Part shown: positions 13,387 through 24,943 of the stretch, piece after piece
How positions within the stretch are numbered: position 1 is the first letter of the stretch
How the letters are laid out: each line of letters starts with the position of its first letter
Source: Paecilomyces variotii
Lineage: Eukaryota
Reading direction: 5' to 3' (one strand)
DNA: 64,000 nt
Assembly: GCA_004022145.1 (NCBI GenBank)
Contig: RCNU01000001.1
The notes under the pieces: generated by a model
What the model saw: the letters and a program-made list of their open reading frames with translations, nothing else
Databases searched by the model: none
What the model was told of the DNA's origin: nothing
Translations under genes and position numbers: made by a program

Positions 13387-14513
13387 ACGATTTTCGCGGC
13401 TGAGTGTCCAAATTTCTCTATAGTCAGAGGACAAAAAAAAAGCTCTACTTTGTTCGCGGACGATCGCCTTGGGATCAAAACGGTCCACGAGGGACATATC
13501 CAGTTCGAGATCCCAGCAACGTTCGCTTGGTCTGATGTTTCTTTCCCAAATCACGGCAGTTACTCGGAACCATAAGAGTTTCGAGTTGATGTCTTGCTTG
13601 TGTAGAGCTGGAGTGCAGCTTCAAAGCTGTCTTTTATTTTGACATGGCCACTATCTCGAATATTGGCCCCTTGTTGCATCCTATCTTTTACGGCATATAT
13701 GCACTTAGGCCGTTTTATACCTTTCTGCCCGCGTTTTCTTGAGACATCGAACAGCGCGCTTCTATCGTATATGGGTTGACTGCCTCCGTTCGAGTTTATT
13801 ATTCTCTGGTTGGCTCACGATTTTCTTGTTACCTGTGCTGTCTTCTGGAGCATGTTTGGCGTCTAGGAAGTATTCCCTTTGCCCTTTTTCGTCGTGCTGA
13901 TACGTATTCAGCGTATCGATTCCATCAGCTTTGGCATTTCTCTAGCGTGCCTTGGTTTATATTCATTTCCATCTGAATGTTTTTGTATCTGAAGTTTTCT
14001 TATCTGGAATTCCCCGACATTTTGCTCAGTCTAGTTCCTTTTCGAGGACGGTCCTCATCTTTGTTTATACCAATCCCCTGGTACCATTGTACGATAGAAG
14101 CACTCCACCGCGAGAATCAGATCATCGAATGATCTTGAGAATGAGACGGATATTTTGTTCTAGAGCAAGATAAGAATTTCATAAAAATAAAAATAAGTGT
14201 GACGGAAATGCTTTTATTTTCTTGATAAGAATAAGACAAGAAAAGAACCAGTAAAGAGAAAGGGTCTCTCTTGCAGTATGGGCAGGCAGACAGATCATAA
14301 ATACTGGTCATGATAAGAAGGCCACGACCGACTATACAGCGTCCGTACGTTGACAACAGAAGAGAAGAATCCATAAGACTCCACATACAACGCCTCTCGA
14401 TGAAAACTTGTGTGCCGGTTTCCAAGCCCCAACAGCCACAGCCGGAAGAAGAAAACGAAAAATACTTTTCTCTGGTCCCCCAAATATAGAAGAAAATCAA
14501 CAATGAAATACCC

Positions 14514-15274
14514 TTAACCACCAGCCTTTCGTTGCTTACGGGCATTCGCACGCTCCTTTCGCTCGTTCCGCTTGATCCGCTCGACTCTTTCTCTCCGGCT
14601 CTCTCCTCGGATCGAACGACCTTCGGCCAGCAACCCCTCTTCTTTCTTCCACTGCTTCTCGTCCACTTCCACCAACCAGTCGTCTTCACCGGCCTTGTTC
14701 TTGCCTTTGTACCCCCATCGAGGCACCCATTCGCCAGTGGCTTCGTCGTAGACCAGCTTCTTTCTACGCTCTTTGTCTGCCAGAGCAGCGCCCGGCTTGG
14801 TGTTGTATTTTCCAATGCCCTTCTTGCGGGCGAACAGCTCCCATTTCGTCGGGGCCTTCGGGGTGGGAAGAGGCTTGTGACGCGGGAGGACGGTGGAGCG
14901 AGGAGGAAGAGAGAGGAGGACGCCGTGCTGGGCAGAAGAGGTGATTTGGCAGGTGGTGAGGAGTTGGTTCAGGAGAGACTGGGCGCCGTCGCGGGCGGTG
15001 GCTTTCAGTGCATCGTTCAGAGACTCGGAGGAGGGCAAGACGAGAGGGTTGGGGTCCAGCGCGAGAAGGTGGCCGAGGTCGAAGGTGTATGGAGATGGCT
15101 TCGAGACGGTGACGGGCCTGTGGAAGTCGCATGTTAGCTATTTATCTTGCTGCGATTTGCTACCACGGGCTGGGTTGAGGAAAAAGATGGGCATGCGACT
15201 CACAGTTTTTCCGTCTTGGGCTTTTGCGCGCCGTTTGCTGCGGACGCAGCATCTGTGATTTCGGCAGCGGCCAT
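14514..15274 (-). CDS. RRS1: Ribosome biogenesis regulatory protein Rrs1
   Basis: ATG at 15274, one intron (gtgagt...cacag), then [49 protein letters not shown] and [16 protein letters not shown]. Confidence 0.95.
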
Positions 15275-15356
15275 GTTTCTGATTTGAAACCGGCTCGACT
15301 AAGATGGTGACGGAGAGGGGGTTGTGATGTTGAGACAGTAACGCTGCTGCTATCTA

Positions 15357-15375
15357 AGAAAAAAGTTGCGATAGG
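15357..15375. promoter_or_regulatory. RRPE/PAC-like composite motif in the RRS1-RSM23 divergent promoter
   Basis: AGAAAAAAGTTGCGATAGG about 85 bp upstream of RRS1. Resembles yeast RRPE (TGAAAAWTTT) fused to PAC (GCGATGAG). Confidence 0.4.
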
Positions 15376-15587
15376 AATATCTTTTTGCAGAGCCGCTCTA
15401 ACTGGCCCGGTAGCCGCGCTAAAAGCAGCGAGCCGCCATTCCCGCGCGGACTCGGCAAAGGAATCTTTTGTCTCTTGTTCGAACTCCGTCTCGGTCTCTA
15501 AACAGCTCGACGCAATCTACGCACCTCGCTGCCACTGCCGGCTCCATTGACTGTCTGCGCTGGCACGGCACCATATCTCCCAGCACG

Positions 15588-17170
15588 ATGGTCTCCCCTT
15601 TCTGCTGGGGCTGCCTTTCGAGGCTCCGTCCGGGGCCACGAACCATGTTGCTGCCGCAGCCGTCAACGATGCCTCGAGCGGCGGCCTTTCACACCTCGAC
15701 CCCATTGTACGCTCCGCCGCTGAAGAAGAAGTCCAAGAGTATGGAAGGACCGGCAAAATACCGTCAGGCGAAGTCAGCCAGGATGAAGAAGAAGAAGCAG
15801 GTCGACCGTCCTCGTCCGCCAGCTGTCGGTGAGCGGAGGGCGCTTCGCAAGCGCATTGTCCTGAGCAATCCCAACGCTCTGGAAGTGCAAGGCATGCCAG
15901 ACCTGTCTGTCGAGAATATGCTTGATGCGCGGGTTCGAGGTTCTGTTGTCGGACTGCCCGTGCCCATGTTGGACCAATTGAGGGCTGTGCAGGCCTTCAA
16001 GCCTACGCAAGGATGGTCGATATTCCGCCGGCCGGGAACCGTCGTGAGACGGGAAACGCTAGAGATGGGAAGACTATTCGAGAAGGTCGACAGTGAAGGA
16101 CCGGACAAGGGTAAGGTGTTCAAGAGGATCATTACGGGCATGAGAGGCACAGGCAAGAGTGTGCAGCTGCTACAAGCCATGGCTATGGGCTTCCTGAGGA
16201 AGTGGGTTGTCATTACAGTTCCTGAACGTAAGTTCTATCTGATAGTTGGTTTTTGCTGCGATCTTTGTCTTTCCAATACTGACTCCACCGGTTTATAGCA
16301 CAGGACCTTGTCATCGCGCACACTAGTTATGGCCCTCTTCCTGACTCGAATCCGGTTCAGTACGTCCAGAACGATGCCACCGCCGCGCTGCTTTCCCGCA
16401 CCGTGACTGCCAACGAAAAGGTCCTCTCTGGGCTGCAGATCTCCCGCGAACACCCTGCCTTGAAGTCGCTCGTCAAGCCCGGAATGACCCTGACGGAGCT
16501 GGCGAAGCTGGGCGTTCAGGATTCGAGTCTAGCCTGGCCTGCCTTCCAGGCCCTCTGGTCCGAACTCACTGCAACTGCCCCAGGAAATGTCAACCCTGAC
16601 AAGTTCAAAGCCCGACCTCCGATGGTGGTCACGGTTGATGGTCTTGCGCACTGGATGCGCGATTCCCAGTACCGCAGCGCCGAGTTCGAGCCCATTCACG
16701 CTCATGACCTGGTCTTTGTGAAGCACTTCTTGTCCCTGCTCCAGCCCGGAGGTGCGACTCCATCCCTGCCTAATGGTGGTCTTGTCCTCTACGCGACTTC
16801 CGCCTCCAACAACCCCACCATCTACAGCTTCGGCATCGCTCTCAAGCAGCTGGCTGCTCGTCAAGCTGGTGTGGATCCTTCGTCTCCGGAGTTCCCTCGC
16901 CCGGATCCTTACGCGAAGATCGACGAGCGCGTGCTGAAGCTCTTCGACTCTGCGAAGCCCGCTTCTGCCAAAGAGGACGCCCTCCAGCTGCAGACGCTCA
17001 ATGGACTCTCGAGAGACGAGGCCAGAGGGTTCATGGAGTACTTTGCCCGCAGCGGTCTCCTCCGTGAGAGGGTGACGGAGGAGTGGGTTGGTGAGAAGTG
17101 GAGTTTGGCCGGTGGAGGTGTCATCGGAGAATTGGAGAAGCTAGGTCGCCGCTTGCGAGTAATGGCCTAA
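15588..17170 (+). CDS. RSM23: Mitochondrial small-subunit ribosomal protein mS29 (DAP3/Rsm23)
   Basis: Mitochondrial-presequence-like start MVSPFCWGCLSRLR, GERRALRKRIVLSN, P-loop ITGMRGTGKS, one intron near 16228-16278, PPMVVTVDG and IHAHDL. Confidence 0.9.
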
Positions 17171-17885
17171 ATGCAACCGCCCATGGACATGAATCCATAA
17201 TGAAGGACTAACGTCGGCCCTACATTGAGGCCAGCATATCACGTCTTCCTTCCTCTTATCCCTAGAGCACCATCATGAGATCTGTTCGATTTTCTACGGA
17301 CTCATATTTCTTCGGGTCTTTGGGATAAGATGCCTATTTTTTTCTGTACTTTAATCTCCTAGCCTTATGTAGTTTCTCGTCTGTGTGTGTATCGGTATTT
17401 GTATACAATGAAATCTGGGAAAAGAAGTATAAATAGAATTCTACACGCTGCTCCCTCTCTCTTCAAGTAACTGTTGGCCCTGGCCACTTGATTGTAATAC
17501 AGGCTCTTATCGCTATCACGGTGCTATGCCTTGAACGGCGATATATATTTACAACAGCTCAAGTATGATATTGAAATCCCCCGCTACGTGAACGAGAATT
17601 CTCCTATCTCGAAACTATTCATGCTTCCCTGGGTATATATAGCACTAGGTCGACGGCTACATACTTTCATGACTGAGTCGATACTCGACCTGCTATTTAT
17701 TTCTCAATTTATCAAGTTTGACTAGAACTGGTCTGGAAGATGCGCTTTTCCATTTCTCACTCGTGTAATGCAATGTAGACATGTAATATATATATATATA
17801 TATCCATACTTTGCATGACGAGTATAGATCATTCGCCTTTCCCCTTTCCTTTCAAACATCCCATATTACTTTAACAATCCCTTGT

Positions 17886-19649
17886 TCATTTCTTCGCCAA
17901 CCGAATCGGCTTCGGGTCCTCCACGAAATCATACACACCCGTACTCCTCATCAACATCACATTCGACGGACTCGTGGTCTCCGGATCCTGCGACCCAAAG
18001 ATGAAATTCATCGGGAACCCAATATCGAACTGATAACTCTTCTCGATCTCCTTGATATCTTCCTCCTCAAGCTGCAGATCCAACGCCTCAATGTTTCCCT
18101 TCAGATGGTCGACTTTCCGACCGCCCACGATGGGCACGACGTGGGGCGCCTTCTGTCTGACGTACGCGAGAGCAACGCTTGTGATGACGGTGTTATGGCG
18201 CTTGGCGACTTTCTCGAGCGCGTCTGAGACGGCAATATCGATGGGTGAGGGAGGGAACCATTTACGACCGGGGTTCGTTCCCTTGGCGAGTTCTTCGCGC
18301 TGGGCGGCTGTCTTGAAGTTGCCGCCGCCGAGGGCGCCCCAGGGAGCGAGGCCCATGCCTTCCGCCTTGACCATGGGGAGGATGTCGCGCTCGAAGTCGC
18401 GGTTTGCGGCAGACCAGCGGCCCTGGTAGACGGAGAAGGGGCGGAGGCCGTGATCGCGGGCGTCTGGAGGAGGTTGTTAGCTTTCTTTCATTTCCATTTC
18501 CATTCCCATTTCCATTTCCATTTTCATTTTCATTTTCATTTTTTTTTTTTGGAAATTTCGAAGGTGTTTCTCATGGAAGATAAGAGTTGAGGTGTATAAG
18601 GAAACATACATTGATTCGCCTTGCTCACAATCCAGGCGGGAGTGTCACTGATACCGAGATATAGGACCTTGCCAGACTGGACGAGCTGGTTGAGAGATTG
18701 CATCACCTCTTCGATGGAGGCGCTGAAGTCCCACCAGTGGACATAGAGCTGTCACGTAGTGAATTGGGTTAGTCAATGTTCTCCATCAGGTTGTGTATAG
18801 CATGTAGTATATATAGAATAAGGAAGTGGATAGATAGATGGGATATACCGTCGGGCCAAAGTATCATATGGGAAAGGCAAAGAAACTCCGAGTGAAGTTC
18901 ATGTGAGGCCATCGAGCCATGGACCACATTCGAACTGCTCATCATCAAACCAAGGAGGGCTCAAGAGCTTCTATGCTGTTGAGGGCCTTTCCGGACTTTG
19001 AGATACTCCCCAGAGAAACCGCCAAAAAGGAGAACGGGGATATTTCCCGACAGAACGAAGGAAAAAGGCGATAGTCAACTCACCAAATCAATGTATGATG
19101 TGCGCAACTTTCTCAAACTGGCATCGACAGAGACACGCATGCTCTTGGTGTTGTTTCCGACAAAGTTGGACTGGATCTCTTGATCCCGCTTGTAGGCGCG
19201 GAAGCCGGTGGTATACTTGGTCGCGATGACCATCTGGTCGCGGACGCCGCGCTGCTCCATCCACTCGCCGAGCCAGGTCTCAGATTCTTCATTCTGGTAG
19301 TTGTTCGCGCTGGGTGGGTGTTAGAACAACAGTCAGGATTATAGGAGGGGAAGAGCCCACACTCACGTATCGATAAAGTTGCCGCCGTTGTCGTAGAAGA
19401 AATCCAATATCTCAAAGGTGGTCTTCTTGTCGCACTCGCCCATGAAATCCTTCCTATATGTACGATATCATGTCAGTTTTCAATCGCACCAGGTTGGTTT
19501 TCGTTTCACGAGAATCTTCATTACCAAGCATCACCAAAGTTCATGGCACCCAGGCACAGCGGGCTGACCTTGATGGCAGCCGAAGGCGCCAGCGGTCTGT
19601 GACGACCCAGCAGGCTCTTGGGCTCTGGTGCAGGTGCAAAAATCGACAT
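17886..19649 (-). CDS. Aldo-keto reductase, aryl-alcohol dehydrogenase/norsolorinic acid reductase-like
   Basis: Spliced. [85 protein letters not shown]. Confidence 0.93.
18486..18550. repeat. Intronic microsatellite (TTTCCA/TTTTCA)n followed by poly-T
   Basis: tttcatttccatttccattcccatttccatttccattttcattttcattttcattttttt inside an intron of the aldo-keto reductase. Confidence 0.8.
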
Positions 19650-20514
19650 GATGATGTTTGAAAGTATTATTCAATGGTCGGCAAGATAGTGATGGGAAAA
19701 GATGGAGAGAGCCATGCCAGCTCTCTTTTATAATTCACATCTTTCCTCGAAGCTAGCTTGGTAGAGCTCCAATTGCTAGCATCAAGCTTCTCCTCTTCGT
19801 CCGTCCGGCTCGGTTCCACCGGTTTCCACCCTCCGAGTTCGTTTCAGGATCATCATCCGGCCGGAAGTGGATAGAATAAATGGATAAGTTACCTAGAACG
19901 AGCCCCACGTTTTCATATAAGTTCATCTGTTTATAGACGGAGTTATGATGTCTCTTGATCTAAGGTCCGCTCAGGCTCAATGGTATTTGCTCCGATAGCA
20001 TGGCTCAATGGATGGATAGATTTCGTCCGAGACACGCCTCTTCCAATAAGTAGAGAAGGTCTATATCATGAGAAGATCCCGTGTTGTTCCTTGCTTTTCG
20101 TTTCGTCTTATGGCCTAACTCCGCTTAAGTCCGGAAGTTGTGTCCATCACAGAAGAAGAAGAAGAAGAATAATAATAATATCGGATCTTATGACCTGTGA
20201 GTTATTAGGCAGTTTGTTTCTTATCTTCAAGATTATTACCACAAGTTGATCTCAGCTCTGGTTCTACGGCTGCATGGTGCGGTCGGGTCTATTACCCAAT
20301 TAACCTGCTGAGCAGTTTGAAGATGAATCACATCAAAATGCGAAAGTATGTTTGGAAATTCTTAACTGGAAACCAACTAAGTACTGCTAGACTAACCACA
20401 CTGACCACCTTTGAATATCAATTGAATAATCTACATCCAGCAGACTTGTCCACGAGATCAGATATTGCGCCAAACCTCGATTTGTAAACCGAAAGGGAAA
20501 GCTACCGACACGCT

Positions 20515-23500
20515 CTATGAACGACATTGGAAATAGGCCGATTTTCGCGGGGCTCTCGCGTCCCTTGGCTTCTGCCGTTTGTATCCTGCAAAAGCTTTCC
20601 GGGTATCTCTCTCCTGCGAAACCTCGATGTCCTCACTGCCATCTGCACTCCTTTTGCGCTTCCGAGAGATAGCCTCGACTTGCCCGCGGGTCATCTTCTC
20701 CAAAACGGGATCAGACTGACTACGTACGTCCGTAGTAGATTCCTCCTGTGGCAGTTCACTACTGTCCTGTCTGCTTCCGCCTCGACTTCTTGTTTCGAGA
20801 CTGTCCTCATGAGAGACGTTGCTCTCCGGCTGCGTTTCGTGGTCTTCTATCTCCGTCGAAGCCTCCTCGTCATCCCGTGCTGGCCCTTGGTCCCTATCAC
20901 CACCTCTGTAGGTGTTGTTACCGCTAGTACGACCTCTTTCTCGGCCGCCATCGTTACGGGGATCCATATGTGGCTCGGACGGCCCGTATTCGCTCGAGGG
21001 TGACTCGTCAGTCTCATCTGGGGGACGATAATCTCTACGGCGCTCACAGTGAGTGCAGGCGCAGAGGTCCCCGAGTGTCCGACGGGCATTGTCCTCGCTC
21101 AATGGATGCTGGCGATAGCGGATACGGATCTCATCTTGAGGGCTGATTCCTTTAGCAGCCCAGACGACAATCCGGTTTGGGATCTCACTGTCAAACGCCC
21201 ACTCCGCGTTGTACCGTGGAGTACACGTGTGGTTGAACATGGCGAAGCCCGGAAAGAGATACAGTGCGCGGAATGTCGCGTCATAATCGCTCTCATCAGT
21301 ATCGTGTGTCTGTGCATCACGTCGCTCAGCATCACGAGTCTCAACACCACGTCTCTCGGCATCGCGTCTCTCAGCGTCACGTCTCTCGGCATCACGTTGT
21401 TTCTTCCTATTGTCGTTCTTGATCCTCTCCGCTTTATTATCATCCACCTTGTAGTTTTGATCTCGGCGTTCTTCGTCCCATGGCACAACGCTGAGAAGGA
21501 GTTTCCGGAGGACAATCTGGATAACCCATGTGTCAAAGGTCAGATCGCGAAAGATGTCTACTCCCAGTCGTAGCAAAATATCAAAGGGCACTTGGATATT
21601 GGCGGTTAAAGTGAAAGGGAACTGTTGGCATTCCCAGTCGCGCTCGCCTTGCAGTGGAAGGAGTTCATCGAGCTCGTGTGCGAGAAGGTATGGGTTACGG
21701 CTTCTCTGTCGCCGCAAGAGGGTCATATCAAAAACCTCTCTCAGTGCCAGGCTGAGGACTGTCCCGTGATCCTCGAATGTATGAGTAATGTGCGTCGGCC
21801 TTTTTTCATTTCCTGTGCGATGCCGGTTCCAGTTCTGCCGCATGGCGTCGTGCAGCCATGCCCAGTTTCGTCCACAGGTCCGAAAATGATACAGCTTGCG
21901 TGCAATCTCCAGACATGTCTCATTTCCCTCAGATGCTCCGCGAGTAGCTTGCCCTCCACCTTCCTCGTGGGAGTCCTCCTGGCGACCTGGACAGAAGTAG
22001 GTCGGTTCATCTACAGTGAAGGCACAAGCACAAGCGTGGGCATGTTCCCCGTTTAGTATAGAGTCGCGATCTGTCCGGCTTTGATACTGATCCTCCAGGT
22101 TTCCTGCAATTTCCCGATGGCAGTTGTCACACCTGTCTGGTTTGGTAGCCTGACGGTTATGAATGTCCACATGTCGGGTTATATTGAGATGGCCCCTGAC
22201 GGATGGCTCCTCGGCATAGATGATCCGCCCCTCCTCGATGTACTCTGTCGCATATACACCAAGTTCATCCTGCTGATTGTGGTGTTCCCTGATCTCGAAT
22301 CTCTTCCACGGGAGCTGACTGTCGGCAAGAATCTCGCGATTCAACCTTTCCAGGAACTGCCTGCTGGTCCGATCCACATCTCTGACGCTGTAAGGGTAGT
22401 TTCTTGCCGTAACGCTGCCCGCGCGCTTCTCGAAGAAGAATAGCTTTGGGTTCTTCCCCTTCTTCTCCTTTTGCGCCTTGACGAAGTTCTCAGTGTACGC
22501 TTTCCGGCTTTTGAATGCGTCCATATCGCGATCTGGCATTACAACCCTCTGAGGCAAATATTGTTCCATATGGTCGTAGTCGTGCCAGCACTGCAGCGCT
22601 TTTAAGCTGAGACTCATGATATTGTGCAACGCCTTACGGACAGTCGGAATGAAGGAGTTCACACCGTTGGATTCTCGCATTCTCCTGATCGGGGGCGGCA
22701 ATTGCCCATCTTCCAGCGGCGTTTGCAGAATGTGCTGTTCAATCGCGTGCCAGATCCGAGTGTACAAGCCTGGCTGGCGGTTGCGGTCCCGAGGGTTGAC
22801 AAGAACCTCACAAAGGAGCTGTGCTCGGTATGCATCACCGATGGCGAGATCAAAGAAGCTTTGCTGGTAGTATAGATAAGAACGACTCACCCAGTACGCA
22901 GGATTATAGGGACTCAACGAGATTGCCCACGTGTACATATCAAGCGGCGAAAAATGGGCGCCTTTGGTAATTTTGATCATATAATCATCCTGGCGTGGTG
23001 CACCCCACTGGGATAAATCGGTTCGAGGCAGGATGCTGCTGACACCCCCCTTCGCTTCTTCCTTTTCCGCTTTGCGTCGACGTTGTAGTTCATGATCGTG
23101 CAATCTTCTCCGCAATTCAGCCGATTTGCCTCTGTGCTCGAGACCTCGTCTTTTCAGCTCCGCTTGGAGTCTGACAACGGTCCAGTATCTGGCCGTCAGT
23201 ACATCCTCGCCCTCAATGAGGATTGTTTCATCGACGGAGGCCTCGCTGCTGTTTTCACTATTGTGCGGGGACGCAAGAATCTCCTCGTAACTCCATCCTC
23301 CCAGTGTGCCGTTGTCGGTCGTCTTCATCTGTGCTGTCACGTCCCAGGGCTCTTCTGTTTTCGGAAGCCGAGCGTCATGCATCAGATGCTCATAGACATT
23401 ATGGACCAGAGCGTGCATATCCTGGCTGTCTCGCTCGGCTTGAACATTTGGACGTCGATACCGCTGGGGCAACCGCGGGACTTCCTCGCCCAAGATCCCG

Positions 23501-23670
23501 TCGGGTAAGGACCAGAGCCGATATGCCAACTTGGCCTGTTCAGGGGTCACATATGGACCCCATTCAACCTCGTCAAATAGATCCGGTCTGGGCGGATACT
23601 CTGGAGGCTTGATGGTGCCCTCTGGCGGCCTTTGCGTCCAGATTTCCCTCAAATAATCACGATTATTCAT
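20515..23670 (-). CDS. SAP-TPR-SET (SMYD-like) putative lysine methyltransferase, 1051 aa
   Basis: Intronless ORF. SAP motif WTVVRLQAELKRRGLEHRGKSAELRRRL; TPR YTWAISLSPYNPAYWVSRS...AIGDAYRA; split SET GVYATEYIEEGRIIYAEEP ... FAMFNHTC ... EIRIRY with a Cys-rich insertion; post-SET CACTHC. Confidence 0.85.
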   Translation of the reverse strand: MNNRDYLREIWTQRPPEGTIKPPEYPPRPDLFDEVEWGPYVTPEQAKLAYRLWSLPDGILGEEVPRLPQRYRRPNVQAERDSQDMHALVHNVYEHLMHDARLPKTEEPWDVTAQMKTTDNGTLGGWSYEEILASPHNSENSSEASVDETILIEGEDVLTARYWTVVRLQAELKRRGLEHRGKSAELRRRLHDHELQRRRKAEKEEAKGGVSSILPRTDLSQWGAPRQDDYMIKITKGAHFSPLDMYTWAISLSPYNPAYWVSRSYLYYQQSFFDLAIGDAYRAQLLCEVLVNPRDRNRQPGLYTRIWHAIEQHILQTPLEDGQLPPPIRRMRESNGVNSFIPTVRKALHNIMSLSLKALQCWHDYDHMEQYLPQRVVMPDRDMDAFKSRKAYTENFVKAQKEKKGKNPKLFFFEKRAGSVTARNYPYSVRDVDRTSRQFLERLNREILADSQLPWKRFEIREHHNQQDELGVYATEYIEEGRIIYAEEPSVRGHLNITRHVDIHNRQATKPDRCDNCHREIAGNLEDQYQSRTDRDSILNGEHAHACACAFTVDEPTYFCPGRQEDSHEEGGGQATRGASEGNETCLEIARKLYHFRTCGRNWAWLHDAMRQNWNRHRTGNEKRPTHITHTFEDHGTVLSLALREVFDMTLLRRQRSRNPYLLAHELDELLPLQGERDWECQQFPFTLTANIQVPFDILLRLGVDIFRDLTFDTWVIQIVLRKLLLSVVPWDEERRDQNYKVDDNKAERIKNDNRKKQRDAERRDAERRDAERRGVETRDAERRDAQTHDTDESDYDATFRALYLFPGFAMFNHTCTPRYNAEWAFDSEIPNRIVVWAAKGISPQDEIRIRYRQHPLSEDNARRTLGDLCACTHCERRRDYRPPDETDESPSSEYGPSEPHMDPRNDGGRERGRTSGNNTYRGGDRDQGPARDDEEASTEIEDHETQPESNVSHEDSLETRSRGGSRQDSSELPQEESTTDVRSQSDPVLEKMTRGQVEAISRKRKRSADGSEDIEVSQERDTRKAFAGYKRQKPRDARAPRKSAYFQCRS
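21314..21397 (-). repeat. Coding 15-bp tandem repeat, about 5.6 copies (RDAER peptide)
   Basis: Plus-strand units gcatcacgtcgctca / gcatcacgagtctca / acaccacgtctctcg / gcatcgcgtctctca / gcgtcacgtctctcg / gcatcacgt. Confidence 0.9.
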
Positions 23671-24943
23671 CGCGTTGCCTGTATATTGACCAGTAGCCCA
23701 ATCGTCCAGGTGCCTCTTGTCGTTTGGCAGTATTCAGAGCTGCCTTTCTGGGGAAGAAAAAGGTGTCAGAAGAAAAAGGTTAGTCTTTCAGTAGCCTTCG
23801 TGCAGTTGAAGATTATAGGAACTTTGAAGTTGAAGTCGATATTGCTTTCGAGATGGTTTATAGCCTTCTGCAGGAGAGGAGAAGAAGAAGAAGAAGAAGA
23901 GAAAAGGAATGCGAGAATAGCTTGTGAAACATACAGAAATAGAGCCCTTCAGTAAATCCTTCAGATAGATACATGAATAACCGGGGCGCCATATCAATGA
24001 AAGACAATGAATAAAAGAACAAAGGCACAGATTATATATGCAATCCACCCCTTTCGCGTGTGTCATGAGGCACAACGACAGTGAATGAAAGTCATAAAGA
24101 GTCAGTGTCATCTATACGGACTGCATGCAGAAATGTCTCATGTGCCCTGTTCTGTTCCTGTTGTCAGTCAAAGTATCAGCTTCAAAGAAATAGCCTCTGG
24201 TGTTTACTTCTTTGCCCTGACGTTGCAGTGGCTGAAGATGCTATATACGGTGAGCACCGAGTAACAGCCATAGTAGTGATGATCTGAAAGCTTTCTTTAT
24301 AGCTTGCCACGTATGGGATATCCATGTAACCCACAATTATAGTGGTAAATATTGGGAGGAGGCAGCTGATAGAGTCGAATTCAGCAATATACGATAGCAA
24401 GCTGCTGAATATAGAGTACAAGCAGGTGATGGTTGATGTTCCAAAGAAAAGGAGAAGCGGAGATGGAAAGTGACCGCCGATCGCCCCGCCGCCTTAACAT
24501 CCCCGCTGCGCCATCATGGACTAGGGAGTTTGCGAACAGCTCCGACACTGGTGTGGCCTTTTGGACGATTGTGACTTTCTCACTGCTGCAAGAGATCTTT
24601 ACACAAATGCTGTCATTCCCGTTGCTGAACCATTGGAACCATCCAGTTATGCCGGTGGCGGTTTGGTTCCAGGTAACTCGATCCACCTAGGTATCTGATT
24701 CCCTACTGTGATGTTTGTCTTACCTGATCCAGCATTCATTGACACTGTCTTGATACAGAAATCAGGAACCACATATATTCACCCTTGAAAACACTAGACG
24801 GGGGTGTGGGCGGCGCACGTCAGCAGACCAGTCTATCCGCCTCTTCTATGCGATTCCTTTGATCATCATCATCTCTCTCTCTCTCTCTCTCTTTGATCGC
24901 CTCCGCGGCGCACAGGCAGCGACACCAAAGAATCCCAGAAACG

